Origin: a bacterium
GTDB taxonomy: Bacteria; Patescibacteriota; Minisyncoccia; Phycocordibacterales; UBA2100
Reading direction: 5' to 3'
Assembly (NCBI GenBank): GCA_030674455.1
Contig: JAUSGQ010000006.1
Location: forward strand, 15,654-79,653
DNA: 64,000 bases
This document shows, piece by piece, positions 20,701-30,055 of this stretch (position 1 is its first letter; each line of letters opens with the position of its first letter). Position numbers and translations under genes: made by a program. The notes under the pieces were generated by a model. The model searched no databases. It was not told the origin of the DNA and was given only the letters and a program-made list of their open reading frames with translations.

Positions 20701-23700
20701 GGCCTGGCGGCGGAACGATGAACTTCAGCATGCAGGGCATGAACCCGACGCGCGTTTCTCCGGAAAGCCGCTCCGCTGGAGTAACGTCAAATTACAAAGT
20801 TGAATTCTTGGCCACTACAGCAATTCCTATCGGCGGGCAGATTCAGCTTGTCTTCCCGAGCGGATTCACGATTACAAATGCATCAACTACTGCCGCGGCA
20901 ACGTCGTTCTGCAACGCGGACCTGAACGGTCCGATGCCTGGGGTTCCCTCAATCGCCACGGTGACCAACGATAATTCTTCAGGAATCATCACGATAACCA
21001 CCGCCGCTTCTTCAACAGGCGCCTCCGCGTTCGTGTGCTTGGACGTAACGGGAGTTGTCAATTCAGCCGTTCCAAATTCAAGCGGATACACAGTAGACAT
21101 AAAGACCCGCGATACGGGAGACAATAATCGCGCGATACTTGAGACGAAGACATCATCGCCATTCTTCCTCGGGCAAGCGGGTTCCCGCACGCTCATTGCA
21201 AACGTATTCAACGACGGCAACGCTAACGGTGAGAAAGACGCGAATGAGGGCATAGCGGATGTGCGCGTATTCCTCTTCTCTCCGGCATCTGGAGGAAATT
21301 CAACTACTACAACCGCGACCGGCGTAGCGACATTCAACTCTCTTTCCGATGGCGACTATATGCTTGGACTCGACCCCGGGTCGTTGGCTAGCGCTTCTTC
21401 GACGGTTACGTTTAATTCCATGCCTCAGCCATTCATGGTATCCGCTACAAATCTGACGAAGAACTTTATAGTTTCCGGAGGAGGGAGCAGCGTGAACATA
21501 TCTGGAACTGTCACAGGCCCATCCGGCACAGCGGTTGACATCTTTGCTTCCAGCAACAACGGCTTTTCGAGAAAGACCGTAACGCTTTCAGGCGGAGCGG
21601 ACGACTATTCGATTCCCGTGAGTACGAATACAATTTACAACGTAGGAGTCGGCCCGGCGATGCCTGAAGCATTCTTCACTCCAGGAGCCCCTCCGCCTCC
21701 GCCGCCTACATTCACCTTCATGCCGCCTCCTAATATCACGGTAACTGTCGCGACAACGTCAATAACGGGCAAAGATTTCTCGCTTACAACCGCGAGTAAA
21801 ACGATTACCGGAACGGTGCGCGATTCTACTGGAGCCGCAGTTTCAAACGCCGGCGTATTCGCTCGGCCTATGTCGAACTCATCGGGCGCGGAAGTCGGTT
21901 TTGGAACCGGAGGACAAACGAATACTTCCGGCTCGTTCACTCTTAACGTAGTACCCGGAACGTATCTGGTCGGCGTATTCAAAGGCGGAATGCCGAATGT
22001 GCCGGACCAGCAAATTACAGTTCCATCTAGCGGGGCCAACACTCCTGCCTCGCTCGCGTTTTCTCTGGGGGCTGGAACGTCTATAACGATTTCCGGAACG
22101 GTGAAAGACGATGGAGGCAACGCGATTCCTTACGCGGGCGTAAACGCGCGCAAAGTGAACTCGTCATCCGACACGACGTCTATGGGCGGAGGCTCGCAAA
22201 ACTTCGTCGGAGGTCCGACGGATTCCAACGGCGCGTACACGCTCTATGTCGACTCGGGAACTTGGGTAGTTGAGGCGTTTGCCCCCGGATTCGGCAGGCT
22301 CGGCCAGAAAACTCTGTCAGTTACGGCAAGCCTCTCCGGACAGGACTTCTCAGCGCAGACGCTTTCTATCGGAACCATAACCGGCACAACTACCAAAGCA
22401 AGCGTCGAGCAACAAGGCGTAATGGTGCGGGCTGACGGCGCGGCGGGCTCCAACATGGCTGTCTCGGATGCTTCCGGCGTATACACGCTGAAAGTCCCGG
22501 CCGGAACTTATAACCTTACCTGTTTCTTCCCGGGTGTCGGCGAATCCGCGCCATTAACGGGAGTCGTGGCAGTAGTGAACGAGACGTCATACAATAATAA
22601 TTGTACTCTTGCTTCTCCCATAACCATTACTGTCAATCTGACGGACGGTACCAATCCGATTACCGGCGCGTACATAGACGTGCGCGATTCGAACGGCCGC
22701 GGAAATGGAACAAACGTTTCGGCCACCTCTAGCACTCTCGCGACCTACACGGTTACCGTGCCTCCGGGAACATATACGGTGCGTGCGGGACATCCAGCGT
22801 ACGGAACGATAGGAAGCACTGGCAACGTCTCCACAACCCAAACTATTACCTACACTACGACTGCGGGCGCTACGAGGGCAATTACGGGCACCGTTTCTGA
22901 CGGCTCGGCCGGAATCAACGGGGCATGGGTGTCGCTCACCGGAACTCCGACAGGTCAAACTAATACGATAAATACTGGAGCGCAGACAGATTCCACGGGT
23001 GCCTTCACGCTCAATGTTCCTGCAGGGGGCTATACAATCCACGCAAACAAAGGGGGATATATAGCTTCCGGCGCTGACTCAACGGTTACAGTCGCTGGAG
23101 CGGCGGTTTCGGTAGGTACCATAACTCTTACGGCCTCAACGCAAACGATATCAGGCACAGTAACATTGGATAATGTTGGTGTTTCCGGCGCTTATGTAGA
23201 CGCCTCCGCCCCCGGCGGCGGATTTGCGGTGTCGCAAACCGATTCCGCCGGCGCGTACTCGCTTGCTGTGAAGAATGGCACGTGGACAGTGCGCGCTCAC
23301 GCGATGGGATATGAAGGCGGGCCCACTACGGTCACGGTCGCGGGCAACAGCCCGACACAGGGAATTGCACTCACTGCAATTACGGGCTTCGTCTCAAAGC
23401 CCGAACATCAGGAGACAGTAACGCCCACCTCGGGAGGATATCTGACGAACTCCGACATCGGGGACAAGTTCAAAATGAGCATTCCGGCTAACGCCTTGGG
23501 CACGGGTTCAAACGCGGTCACTGTGAAAACCCAGGCGTACACGACTCTTCCTAACCCGTCATCGGGCAGCGTTCTTGCTAAAAATGGACTCTCGTTCTCC
23601 GCGGTTGATTCTTCCGGCCAGCCGATAAAAACTCTGAACAGTCCTATCACGATAGTTATTCCTTATACTGAAGCCGATATACCGACAGGAAAGACTGAAG

Positions 23701-24887
23701 CGGACCTAGTGTTCGGAACATGGAATGGAACCGACTATGAGACCTTGCCGACAACAGTAGACACGGTAAACAACACCTTGACGGTAACCATCTCGCACTT
23801 CTCCAGTTTCGCTCCGTTGGTGCAGGGTAATGTCGCAGTGGCAGCCGCTGCGGCTGCAACTACGGCCACGGTTAGTCCCGGCGGCGGGGGAGTCATGGGA
23901 GGAGGCGGGGCTACGAACATTCCGAAAGCACGCGCTCAAATTATTTATCCTGATGGACGCATCGCCTACGTAGACCAGATAGGAGGGGAATCTGCTCCTT
24001 CCGCGAGCGCAACTGCGGGAGCGAGTTCCGCATCTGCATCTTCGGCAGTCTCGGCCTCGGCCAAGTTCACCGCGCTTTTGAAACAGGGCTCCAAGGGTTC
24101 GGATGTTAAGCGACTCCAGAAACTTCTTGGTGTTGAGGAAACGGGATTCTTCGGCGCGCTTACGCGCGCCGCAGTTGAGCAATTCCAAATAAAGTATGGA
24201 ATTGCAAAGAAAGGACAAGCTGGTTTTGGAACTCTTGGACCCAAGACAAGAGCTAAAATCGCAGAGGCATTTAGTTCGACAGCAGCGGCTAGCTCCCCGC
24301 AGGCAGGCACTGCGGCTCCCGAAATCGGTTCGCTTGCGATACTTGCCGGAGGCCAGTTTGTTCGTTCGCTCAATCTTCGCGCGAAGGGAAGCGACGTGCG
24401 TACTCTTCAACAAATTTTGAACAGCGACCCAGACACGCGCGTCTCATCCGAAGGCGCAGGTTCTCCGGGCGGCGAAACGACTTTCTTTGGCGGCGCAACT
24501 CTGAAAGCCGTGCAGAAATTCCAAGTGAAGCATGATATCGCGAAGCCAGGCAATATCGGATACGGAAATGTCGGGCCGAAAACAAGGGCTAAGCTGAACG
24601 AACTCCTAAATGCATCAAGTTCCGGAGGTGTCTCCCTGCCTACCGGCCAGGCAGGCTCACCTTTAGGGGGAGGTGACTCCTCGGGAACATCTGCCTCCAC
24701 TGCCAACACAGCATCCGCATCTGCCGAAGCTTCAACCGCGGCAGCAGTAACCGCGACAACAACCCCGACGTCGTTAGTCGGGGCTCCGACCGAAAGCGTC
24801 GGAGCTGAAACTGCCGCAACGACCACTGCCGCGACAACAGTAGCGGCTACAGCAACTACCACCGCAACTTCCACAGCGAGCAATTAA
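17745..24887 (+). CDS. Giant (2380 aa) secreted surface protein with Ig-like (Big_5) domains, carboxypeptidase-regulatory-like repeats and two peptidoglycan-binding domains
   Basis: Signal peptide; repeated DTAAP..P.NGSTGV..FSE.LD and ISGTV.D..G..T.S.G.Y; C-terminal LKQGSKGSDVKRLQ and GNVGPKTRAKLN. Confidence 0.9.
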   Translation: MQKVHGFSARVFLTSSAILVAAILLSASMVSKADAAIGLDVTASLTTFNQTIKASSTPTAVIGLNLISVASPGVETLASTSIAFFGAGFATTTDLAPLGTATSSGVALYRDDASAGTQGAFDAFDDVVPLQSASWDVAGATTTLSFLTNETVPVNDTGNNAGNDYFIVIQTAGGAVNLHAFTANMYPGSIQWNASTPTATPIALSTNTVTIDTAAPTLDTSMSGPANGSTGVPVSTFIHLGFSENLDQTTLNPNNVTLTRGGNAVGTAIRPFPNGFDLVASSPPTYTASSRFAKADTVSTGFFQINGSNQIFPQGGYSAPTRGDIVYTQTDTFPPEVGVITNATLTSGTFAINNNPAFRPLQITKFASPTVAGYTGDGAVVGVGDLLVANTSAKPSNVRYNWHIVTTGQALNNAGLRLDGEDAAPTYATTTFARLLPAATSTIDASQLFTATTTLMAGDLVFAKVVRGGDNLNTYAWHLVTTAETNDTVTAAPPQGATGTTTALRLDGAAVAPTFAASSVVAVLGFAAQGVLDGAVAQDATVFSFGDIMFAKTTDNAANNGSYAFHLVSNGATGATSTSLRLDNSASNLTSSASYVITAGTGIKDSAGNALAATSTITFTTGSTGGTNTTPPAVQNSQPQAGNQSFAPNAPIKLIFSVAMEAGSTSGANSVTNTAVVKLSTSVNGTPTTQVTSGVTNSYDSTTNTLTIAHTSALTVSTDYVVQVTTAAKSSTGASFPMEYRLYFRTGTASDSTAPTILGVSPTNSSTGVSMSPVITAGFSKDMNPATLTTTTVKLVETLNNSNAVAGGVSYSPNSRSVNFVPSTPLTANTGYSFVIVGGASGVTDLSNNALASHSTTTFTTTATVDVIAPSVNFANADDFGIAITFSEPMKSGGGPNAADNVANYTLESPTGTSISLGGKTITYDSGSKTARITGLALQNGNGYKVTVALPVQDLASNAISIVGTPAGNLAFGTVQNSTATGGQLGPGGGTMNFSMQGMNPTRVSPESRSAGVTSNYKVEFLATTAIPIGGQIQLVFPSGFTITNASTTAAATSFCNADLNGPMPGVPSIATVTNDNSSGIITITTAASSTGASAFVCLDVTGVVNSAVPNSSGYTVDIKTRDTGDNNRAILETKTSSPFFLGQAGSRTLIANVFNDGNANGEKDANEGIADVRVFLFSPASGGNSTTTTATGVATFNSLSDGDYMLGLDPGSLASASSTVTFNSMPQPFMVSATNLTKNFIVSGGGSSVNISGTVTGPSGTAVDIFASSNNGFSRKTVTLSGGADDYSIPVSTNTIYNVGVGPAMPEAFFTPGAPPPPPPTFTFMPPPNITVTVATTSITGKDFSLTTASKTITGTVRDSTGAAVSNAGVFARPMSNSSGAEVGFGTGGQTNTSGSFTLNVVPGTYLVGVFKGGMPNVPDQQITVPSSGANTPASLAFSLGAGTSITISGTVKDDGGNAIPYAGVNARKVNSSSDTTSMGGGSQNFVGGPTDSNGAYTLYVDSGTWVVEAFAPGFGRLGQKTLSVTASLSGQDFSAQTLSIGTITGTTTKASVEQQGVMVRADGAAGSNMAVSDASGVYTLKVPAGTYNLTCFFPGVGESAPLTGVVAVVNETSYNNNCTLASPITITVNLTDGTNPITGAYIDVRDSNGRGNGTNVSATSSTLATYTVTVPPGTYTVRAGHPAYGTIGSTGNVSTTQTITYTTTAGATRAITGTVSDGSAGINGAWVSLTGTPTGQTNTINTGAQTDSTGAFTLNVPAGGYTIHANKGGYIASGADSTVTVAGAAVSVGTITLTASTQTISGTVTLDNVGVSGAYVDASAPGGGFAVSQTDSAGAYSLAVKNGTWTVRAHAMGYEGGPTTVTVAGNSPTQGIALTAITGFVSKPEHQETVTPTSGGYLTNSDIGDKFKMSIPANALGTGSNAVTVKTQAYTTLPNPSSGSVLAKNGLSFSAVDSSGQPIKTLNSPITIVIPYTEADIPTGKTEADLVFGTWNGTDYETLPTTVDTVNNTLTVTISHFSSFAPLVQGNVAVAAAAAATTATVSPGGGGVMGGGGATNIPKARAQIIYPDGRIAYVDQIGGESAPSASATAGASSASASSAVSASAKFTALLKQGSKGSDVKRLQKLLGVEETGFFGALTRAAVEQFQIKYGIAKKGQAGFGTLGPKTRAKIAEAFSSTAAASSPQAGTAAPEIGSLAILAGGQFVRSLNLRAKGSDVRTLQQILNSDPDTRVSSEGAGSPGGETTFFGGATLKAVQKFQVKHDIAKPGNIGYGNVGPKTRAKLNELLNASSSGGVSLPTGQAGSPLGGGDSSGTSASTANTASASAEASTAAAVTATTTPTSLVGAPTESVGAETAATTTAATTVAATATTTATSTASN

Positions 24888-25074
24888 AGAGGCGGGAAAA
24901 GGTGAGACCTTGGGAGTGATTCTTTAAGGTCTCACCTTGAAAGGACAAGGTGTTTCCTCAGGCATAGCCGGAGGTGACTCCTTGTCCGCATCCCGCACAA
25001 AGAAATTCCCGAGGTGACTCCTTGGCATTTGCAAGGTGTCTCCTCGAGAATTCTTGAAATGGTAGAATAACGGG

Positions 25075-25692
25075 ATGGATATCTTTTCACACGGGCTTTG
25101 GGCAGGTGCGGCAGCGAAAGCCGCAAACAAAATAAGTTCCCGAGGTGACTCCCTGCCTGCCTCTGGCAGGCTCACCGAAGGGGGAGGCGACTCCTCACGT
25201 AGGGAGGTGTCGCCTCCATGCAGCTCAAAACTAAACGTCTGGCACGCGGCCGCGTGGGGAGTGTTTCCGGATTTGTTTGCGTTCACTCCGGCATTCATCG
25301 GCCTCTTTTGGTTACTCGCCACAGGCCAGATGAGTTTATCAGAGTGGCCGGGTCGGCATGGCGGCGAGCCCTCACCGGGCGACTCGCTTCCCGTATTTCA
25401 ACTCGCTGGCCAGCTCTACAATTTCAGCCACAGCATTTTTGTGTTTGCGATCGTGTTTTGCATTGTGTGGTTCATGCGAAAAAAGCCAGTGCTTGAAATG
25501 GGCGGCTGGCTTCTCCACATCATCATGGATATCCCGACGCATTCATACGCGTTCTATCCGACGCCCGTCTTCTGGCCGCTCTTTGGATGGAAATTCAACG
25601 GCATTCAGTGGGCGCAGCCGTGGTTTTTGATTCTCGATTACGGCTTATTGATTTTGGTGTATTGGTTGTTGAGGGAGAAGAAAATCAAATAA
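25075..25692 (+). CDS. Membrane-bound metal-dependent hydrolase (YdjM-like)
   Basis: MDIFSHGLW, FPD, FSHS, LHIIMDIPTH. Confidence 0.8.
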   Translation: MDIFSHGLWAGAAAKAANKISSRGDSLPASGRLTEGGGDSSRREVSPPCSSKLNVWHAAAWGVFPDLFAFTPAFIGLFWLLATGQMSLSEWPGRHGGEPSPGDSLPVFQLAGQLYNFSHSIFVFAIVFCIVWFMRKKPVLEMGGWLLHIIMDIPTHSYAFYPTPVFWPLFGWKFNGIQWAQPWFLILDYGLLILVYWLLREKKIK

Positions 25693-25758
25693 AGAAATAT
25701 AAAAAATGGGAGCGACCGCAGCCGCTCCCCTAAGATCTGCCCTCTATCGTGACCCAGG

Positions 25759-26010
25759 TTATTCCTGGATGTTGGCGCCAATGATCGAGGCAGCTTCGCG
25801 AAACCCTGCCTCAAGTGACTGGATGCTTCCCTCCGACGTTTCCGGTTGACCGCTTTCTTCCATGATCTCGGCCAGATTCAACGGATAAACCGTCGTCTTA
25901 CCGAAAACAGTGCCCAGGATAGAAAACCCCAGGATTCCCTCATTTGTCATGTGTTGCAAGAGGGCACTGCCGCACCGGAACATCTCCACCAACTGCGGTT
26001 CAAGTACCAT
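25759..26010 (-). CDS. Hypothetical protein
   Basis: ATG at 26010 preceded by GGGAG; followed by hairpin 25707-25731. Confidence 0.5.
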   Translation of the reverse strand: MVLEPQLVEMFRCGSALLQHMTNEGILGFSILGTVFGKTTVYPLNLAEIMEESGQPETSEGSIQSLEAGFREAASIIGANIQE

Positions 26011-26175
26011 TGGTTCTCCCGCTTTTATTGACTGCAAACATATATAGGTCGTCAAAAAATAACGACCTACCCCCACCGCACAAAGAACAACATAAGATCT
26101 GCGCGGCTACGAAAAAGTATACACCCCTCACCAATCTTGACAAGTGGGTGCAAATAATATATAATTTCGACCGCT

Positions 26176-26934
26176 ATGGAAATCGAGAATACGCCCATTT
26201 TGAGTCATAAAAAGCCTGCCTGCGTTGCGAACGCGACAGGCAGGCCGCCCACGGCCGTCTTTTTGGCTACCGCCTTTGTCATATTCGTTCTTACTCTTTC
26301 GGCGGCGGATTCTATTGGATTCGTTCCAAATTATATTGATGGTTCGACCGAGGAAAGCGCGGCAGAACCTGCGGACTTCCTGCCACTCGCATCTCTCCCA
26401 CAGCTCGGCGGTCTGCCGTCCATTGAATCGATTACCGCGGAAATTGCCGAACCGGTCGCACTTCCTAATCGTATCGTAATTCCTGCAATAAAAATGGACC
26501 TTCCAATCCAAAACCCATCGACAAAAGACATCAATAAGCTTACCGAAGTTCTTAAAGCTGGCCCCGCTCGATATGTGGACTCCGCGCAACTGGGTGAGAA
26601 AGGGAACATGCTTGTATTCGGACACAGCTCACAGTTGCCGGTTGTTAAAAATCAGATGTACAAGGCGTTCAATAATATTTCAAAACTAAAACAGGGCGAC
26701 ACTATTACGGTATATGGCGGGCCGTCTACAGGTGCCGCCACAACCAGCGGTGGACATGCGTATCTCTATAGCGTGGTCAGCGTGCGGGAAGGGGATGCGA
26801 ATGAAGATGTAATCGACCTCTCGAAAAATAAGGGTACGAGGATAACGCTTGTGACCTGCAACACGCTTGGCGAAAAAAGCGCGCGATGGATAGTGGAAGC
26901 CGAATTCGTTGGCGTTCTTCCTTCGTCAGATTAG
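26176..26934 (+). CDS. Sortase
   Basis: N-terminal TM; IVIPAI, GNMLVFGHS, ITLVTC..R catalytic triad. Confidence 0.9.
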   Translation: MEIENTPILSHKKPACVANATGRPPTAVFLATAFVIFVLTLSAADSIGFVPNYIDGSTEESAAEPADFLPLASLPQLGGLPSIESITAEIAEPVALPNRIVIPAIKMDLPIQNPSTKDINKLTEVLKAGPARYVDSAQLGEKGNMLVFGHSSQLPVVKNQMYKAFNNISKLKQGDTITVYGGPSTGAATTSGGHAYLYSVVSVREGDANEDVIDLSKNKGTRITLVTCNTLGEKSARWIVEAEFVGVLPSSD

Positions 26935-27023
26935 ATTGAGATGTCATCTCAATGGGTTTCGTATAAAAAGCTTGACCAACGACATTCCAACATTCTCAAG
27001 AATGTTGGAATGTTATCCATACG

Positions 27024-27281
27024 TTACCGATAGATGTCGTGCAAGCCAATATCCAAAAAGAGAACGCGATTGTTTCCAAGAAATGAGAATTTGATTCTAT
27101 ATTTTCTGTCCACCGAGAATCCCCATGCGTTTTTATCTTTACCGTGCAGTTTGTGGGTTTCCAGACTGGGATGGAATGGATTTATGCGAAATATCGCCTC
27201 CTTTTCCTTTGCAAGCTCTTTCAGTCTTTTCGGTAATTTGCGGTAGTGTTTATCAAATCTCGGAGATGACTCGATATGCAT
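27024..27281 (-). CDS. RelE/YafQ-family mRNA interferase toxin
   Basis: FDKHYRKL..NPFHPSLETHKLHG..YRIKF..DIGLHDIY. Confidence 0.88.
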   Translation of the reverse strand: MHIESSPRFDKHYRKLPKRLKELAKEKEAIFRINPFHPSLETHKLHGKDKNAWGFSVDRKYRIKFSFLGNNRVLFLDIGLHDIYR

Positions 27282-27298
27282 ATATCTCGAGAAGTATT

Positions 27299-27517
27299 TC
27301 AATCTAGATCGGCCAGAGAACGTAGTGTGCGTGTTCTTCCATACCGATAATCCCGCAATCCTTCTTCTACGAGCTTATCCAAACGTTTCGCCGCTTTACC
27401 GGTCAAGTAATATTCGGGAATAGAGGCCTTAACAAGCCGCTCATACTCCTTTATTGGGAGTACAACAACGCCCCTTTGTTTCTGAACAGACTTCTGGGAA
27501 AGTGTAATCATTTTCAT
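27299..27517 (-). CDS. Putative antitoxin
   Basis: VVLPIKEYERL..EEGLRDYRYGRTR; directly upstream of the toxin. Confidence 0.8.
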   Translation of the reverse strand: MKMITLSQKSVQKQRGVVVLPIKEYERLVKASIPEYYLTGKAAKRLDKLVEEGLRDYRYGRTRTLRSLADLD

Positions 27518-27841
27518 AAAGGACAGTATACCATAATTCATCTTTTGGGCCGCTCGGCGCGTTCATCGGCGCGGAGCGGGCGAGGTGTCACTGTGTCGGG
27601 ATTTCGTAAATCCCCATACCTGATGCGTCGAATTCTCGACCTACACTAAGGTTACGCTATCGCGCAAGCTTAGTGTATCCCCAAATTAGTGGCTATAGCT
27701 TCAAATTTGGGGATATGGGTTTCTGCGCATTTATTCGTATGAATTGAAATGTTGCGTTCGGACGTTTTGGGTAGTCTAATGATTTCAAGCCGCCGAAAGG
27801 ATGGGCTCACGATTTAGGTCATTCACTCGAGGAGAGTCAAA

Positions 27842-28069
27842 ATGGGCAAAAGATTGCTCAAAGTTTTAGCCGCGCTGTTCGGCGCGGTAATGTTGGCCGG
27901 ATGTGTTTCATTGCGTGGTCCTATAGATGACTACGCAGAAGTTCCAGAGGCGGAATGGAATGCTCGATGCGGCGATTTGCGTCCCTATGAATCCGAATGT
28001 GTGATTCGGGTTCGTACATTGCCCGATGGTCGGGTCGAAGAGGTTTATCTTTGGGTGCGCAGGTATTGA
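27842..28069 (+). CDS. Small lipoprotein
   Basis: SD GAGGAG, lipobox LAGC, hairpin 28076-28100 after the stop. Confidence 0.75.
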   Translation: MGKRLLKVLAALFGAVMLAGCVSLRGPIDDYAEVPEAEWNARCGDLRPYESECVIRVRTLPDGRVEEVYLWVRRY

Positions 28070-28444
28070 GCTGGGGCAGCAGGTGGTGACCACCTGCTGC
28101 CCTTGTGTTTTTCGCCCGAATTCATGAAATTCTCATCTTGAGAGAATAGAATCACTAAGGTCAATATTTGGCTTGATTGAGCGCCATATTAGGACTTGAC
28201 AAGCACAAAGGAGGTGATATAATATACATCGACTTAAAAAGCCAGCATCTTGCTTACGTTTCTGAATTTCCTAGAAGCTAGTGACTAGAAGCTAGAAGCT
28301 GTGCCACCAATTGTGTTCGTTCGAAAGCATTGGATAAACTCTAATGCTCCCGACCCGACGCAATGCTTGTTTAGATTGTTGAGGGTGCTCATTTAAATCG
28401 TCTCCGGTTCATTGGAGACTTCATCAACCAAGAGAGAGGTCACT

Positions 28445-28957
28445 ATGGGCAAATTCGCCCTTACGCTTTGCCTCGCGCTGTTCGGCGCGGGAGTAGTACC
28501 GGCAGTCGCACAAAACACTTTTGACCCGTCCTGGACAGCGTCGTTCAGACATGGTTTCTGGGATCAAATGGGACGGACTGGCGTACCGATGCTATTCGGG
28601 GGAGTGCGGTATCTTACGATGCCATACTCCGGTCCGTTTCCCACGAACTACGCGGCTCCAGCGGGATGTCAAATCGGGTATGCGTGCGTTCGACAAGACT
28701 ACGTTCAGCAGCACTTGGTGTATCTCGGCAGGATATATGTCCCCGTCGGGAAACCGGGCAATACCCAGCCCACTCCTCCAGCACTTCCTGTAAAAACGCA
28801 GGTTAGCGGCTGGCAGGAATACGGCGGGGCGACGAACCCAGCTTGTGCAACGGAGGTCAAGGGGAAACCCGAGGACTCCGCCTGTTATTGGGCGACCAAT
28901 GCGCAAAAACAACGCGTCTGGCGCTGTCCCAATAGCGAATGCAATCCCAAGCAATGA
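28445..28957 (+). CDS. Cys-rich secreted protein
   Basis: SD GAGAGG, signal peptide ending AVA, six Cys in the mature part. Confidence 0.7.
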   Translation: MGKFALTLCLALFGAGVVPAVAQNTFDPSWTASFRHGFWDQMGRTGVPMLFGGVRYLTMPYSGPFPTNYAAPAGCQIGYACVRQDYVQQHLVYLGRIYVPVGKPGNTQPTPPALPVKTQVSGWQEYGGATNPACATEVKGKPEDSACYWATNAQKQRVWRCPNSECNPKQ

Positions 28958-29155
28958 CCTCTCCGGTCGAACGGCCTCCTCGTAGGTCGTGTGTGGGAAG
29001 TGTAGCGCTCCGCTCGCTTCCCACACGAAGCTGTTTTTATCCAAAGGAATTTGAGAAATCGAACTTCTTTGGATCCAAGCATCAAAAACTGGGATCCTTT
29101 CATCCTTTTTGGATGACTGTGGTCTTTTTCAATTCAATCCTGAAAGGAAGTCGCC

Positions 29156-29869
29156 ATGTATACGCGAGTGTGTGCGGTAGTTTTTTTTGCAGTATTCGTT
29201 GCAGGTTGCGGCGAAAAAGGTCCGACACTGGACCAGCGCGTGGCTGCGTTGGAAAAGGATCAAGTTGTGGTTGCCGACCACAACAAGCTAGTCAACGCGC
29301 ATAACAGCCTTAATAAAAAAGTGGAGGCGCTTCAGGGCACGGTTACTGCTCTGGAGAAAAAAGAACAAGAGCGCGCAGAGGCAGAGAAGGAAAAAGAAGA
29401 AACTGCTGAAAAAGCGGCTGAAGAAAGAAAAGCCGCGGCGAAAAAGGCGGCGAAGCCAAAAACTCCGAGCGCCGCAACCATCGGCAAATGGCAAGGGCGC
29501 ACTGACCTTGCCAAAAACCCAATCGCTCGCGGGAACGAGCGCCGCGGGCTGCCGAGCGGGTTCGTGAAAGCGTGCGACGTGAAAGGTAAGCCCGGGGTAA
29601 AGGGCTATCCGATCAATTTTGATCGGGAAAAGAATACCTTCACGGAGTGCGCCGAAATTGTAAAGTCCACTTGCCGTGACCCCCTGATCGGCAAAGTGGA
29701 AACCTTCGCCGGACTCTGCAAGATGAGAGTCGGCGAAGAGTTGAAGGAGGTTTCGCTTGGTGACCTACTTCCGCAACGTTGGGTGAGGTGCCAGACCCCC
29801 GAGGTGGAGATGGAGGGCACCAAGCTCAACATGGACGCACATTTCAAGTGCATCCGGCCGATGCCGTAG
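29156..29869 (+). CDS. Lipoprotein with coiled coil and Cys-rich C-terminal domain
   Basis: SD AAGGAAG, lipobox VAGC, six Cys after the coiled coil. Confidence 0.75.
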   Translation: MYTRVCAVVFFAVFVAGCGEKGPTLDQRVAALEKDQVVVADHNKLVNAHNSLNKKVEALQGTVTALEKKEQERAEAEKEKEETAEKAAEERKAAAKKAAKPKTPSAATIGKWQGRTDLAKNPIARGNERRGLPSGFVKACDVKGKPGVKGYPINFDREKNTFTECAEIVKSTCRDPLIGKVETFAGLCKMRVGEELKEVSLGDLLPQRWVRCQTPEVEMEGTKLNMDAHFKCIRPMP

Positions 29870-30055
29870 GGGCGGCGCGGCATTAGGGAATGGGGGCGGA
29901 CGACACTTTGCGTAAAGCCGCCCCCAACCCATTTTTTTCTTGGAGTTCGAAACATTAATACGTTTTTTAATGTTTCGAACTCTCGGAAAAAGCGAGAGTT
30001 TCGGCCTTGTCGAAGGCCTTGACAGATTAAAGTATTAAGAGTATAATTAACTTAT

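Noticed and set aside
27545-27680. tRNA, tmRNA or SRP RNA
   Set aside because: No T-loop GTTCRA/CCA arrangement or SRP domain IV motif seen; kept only as an unassigned structured candidate
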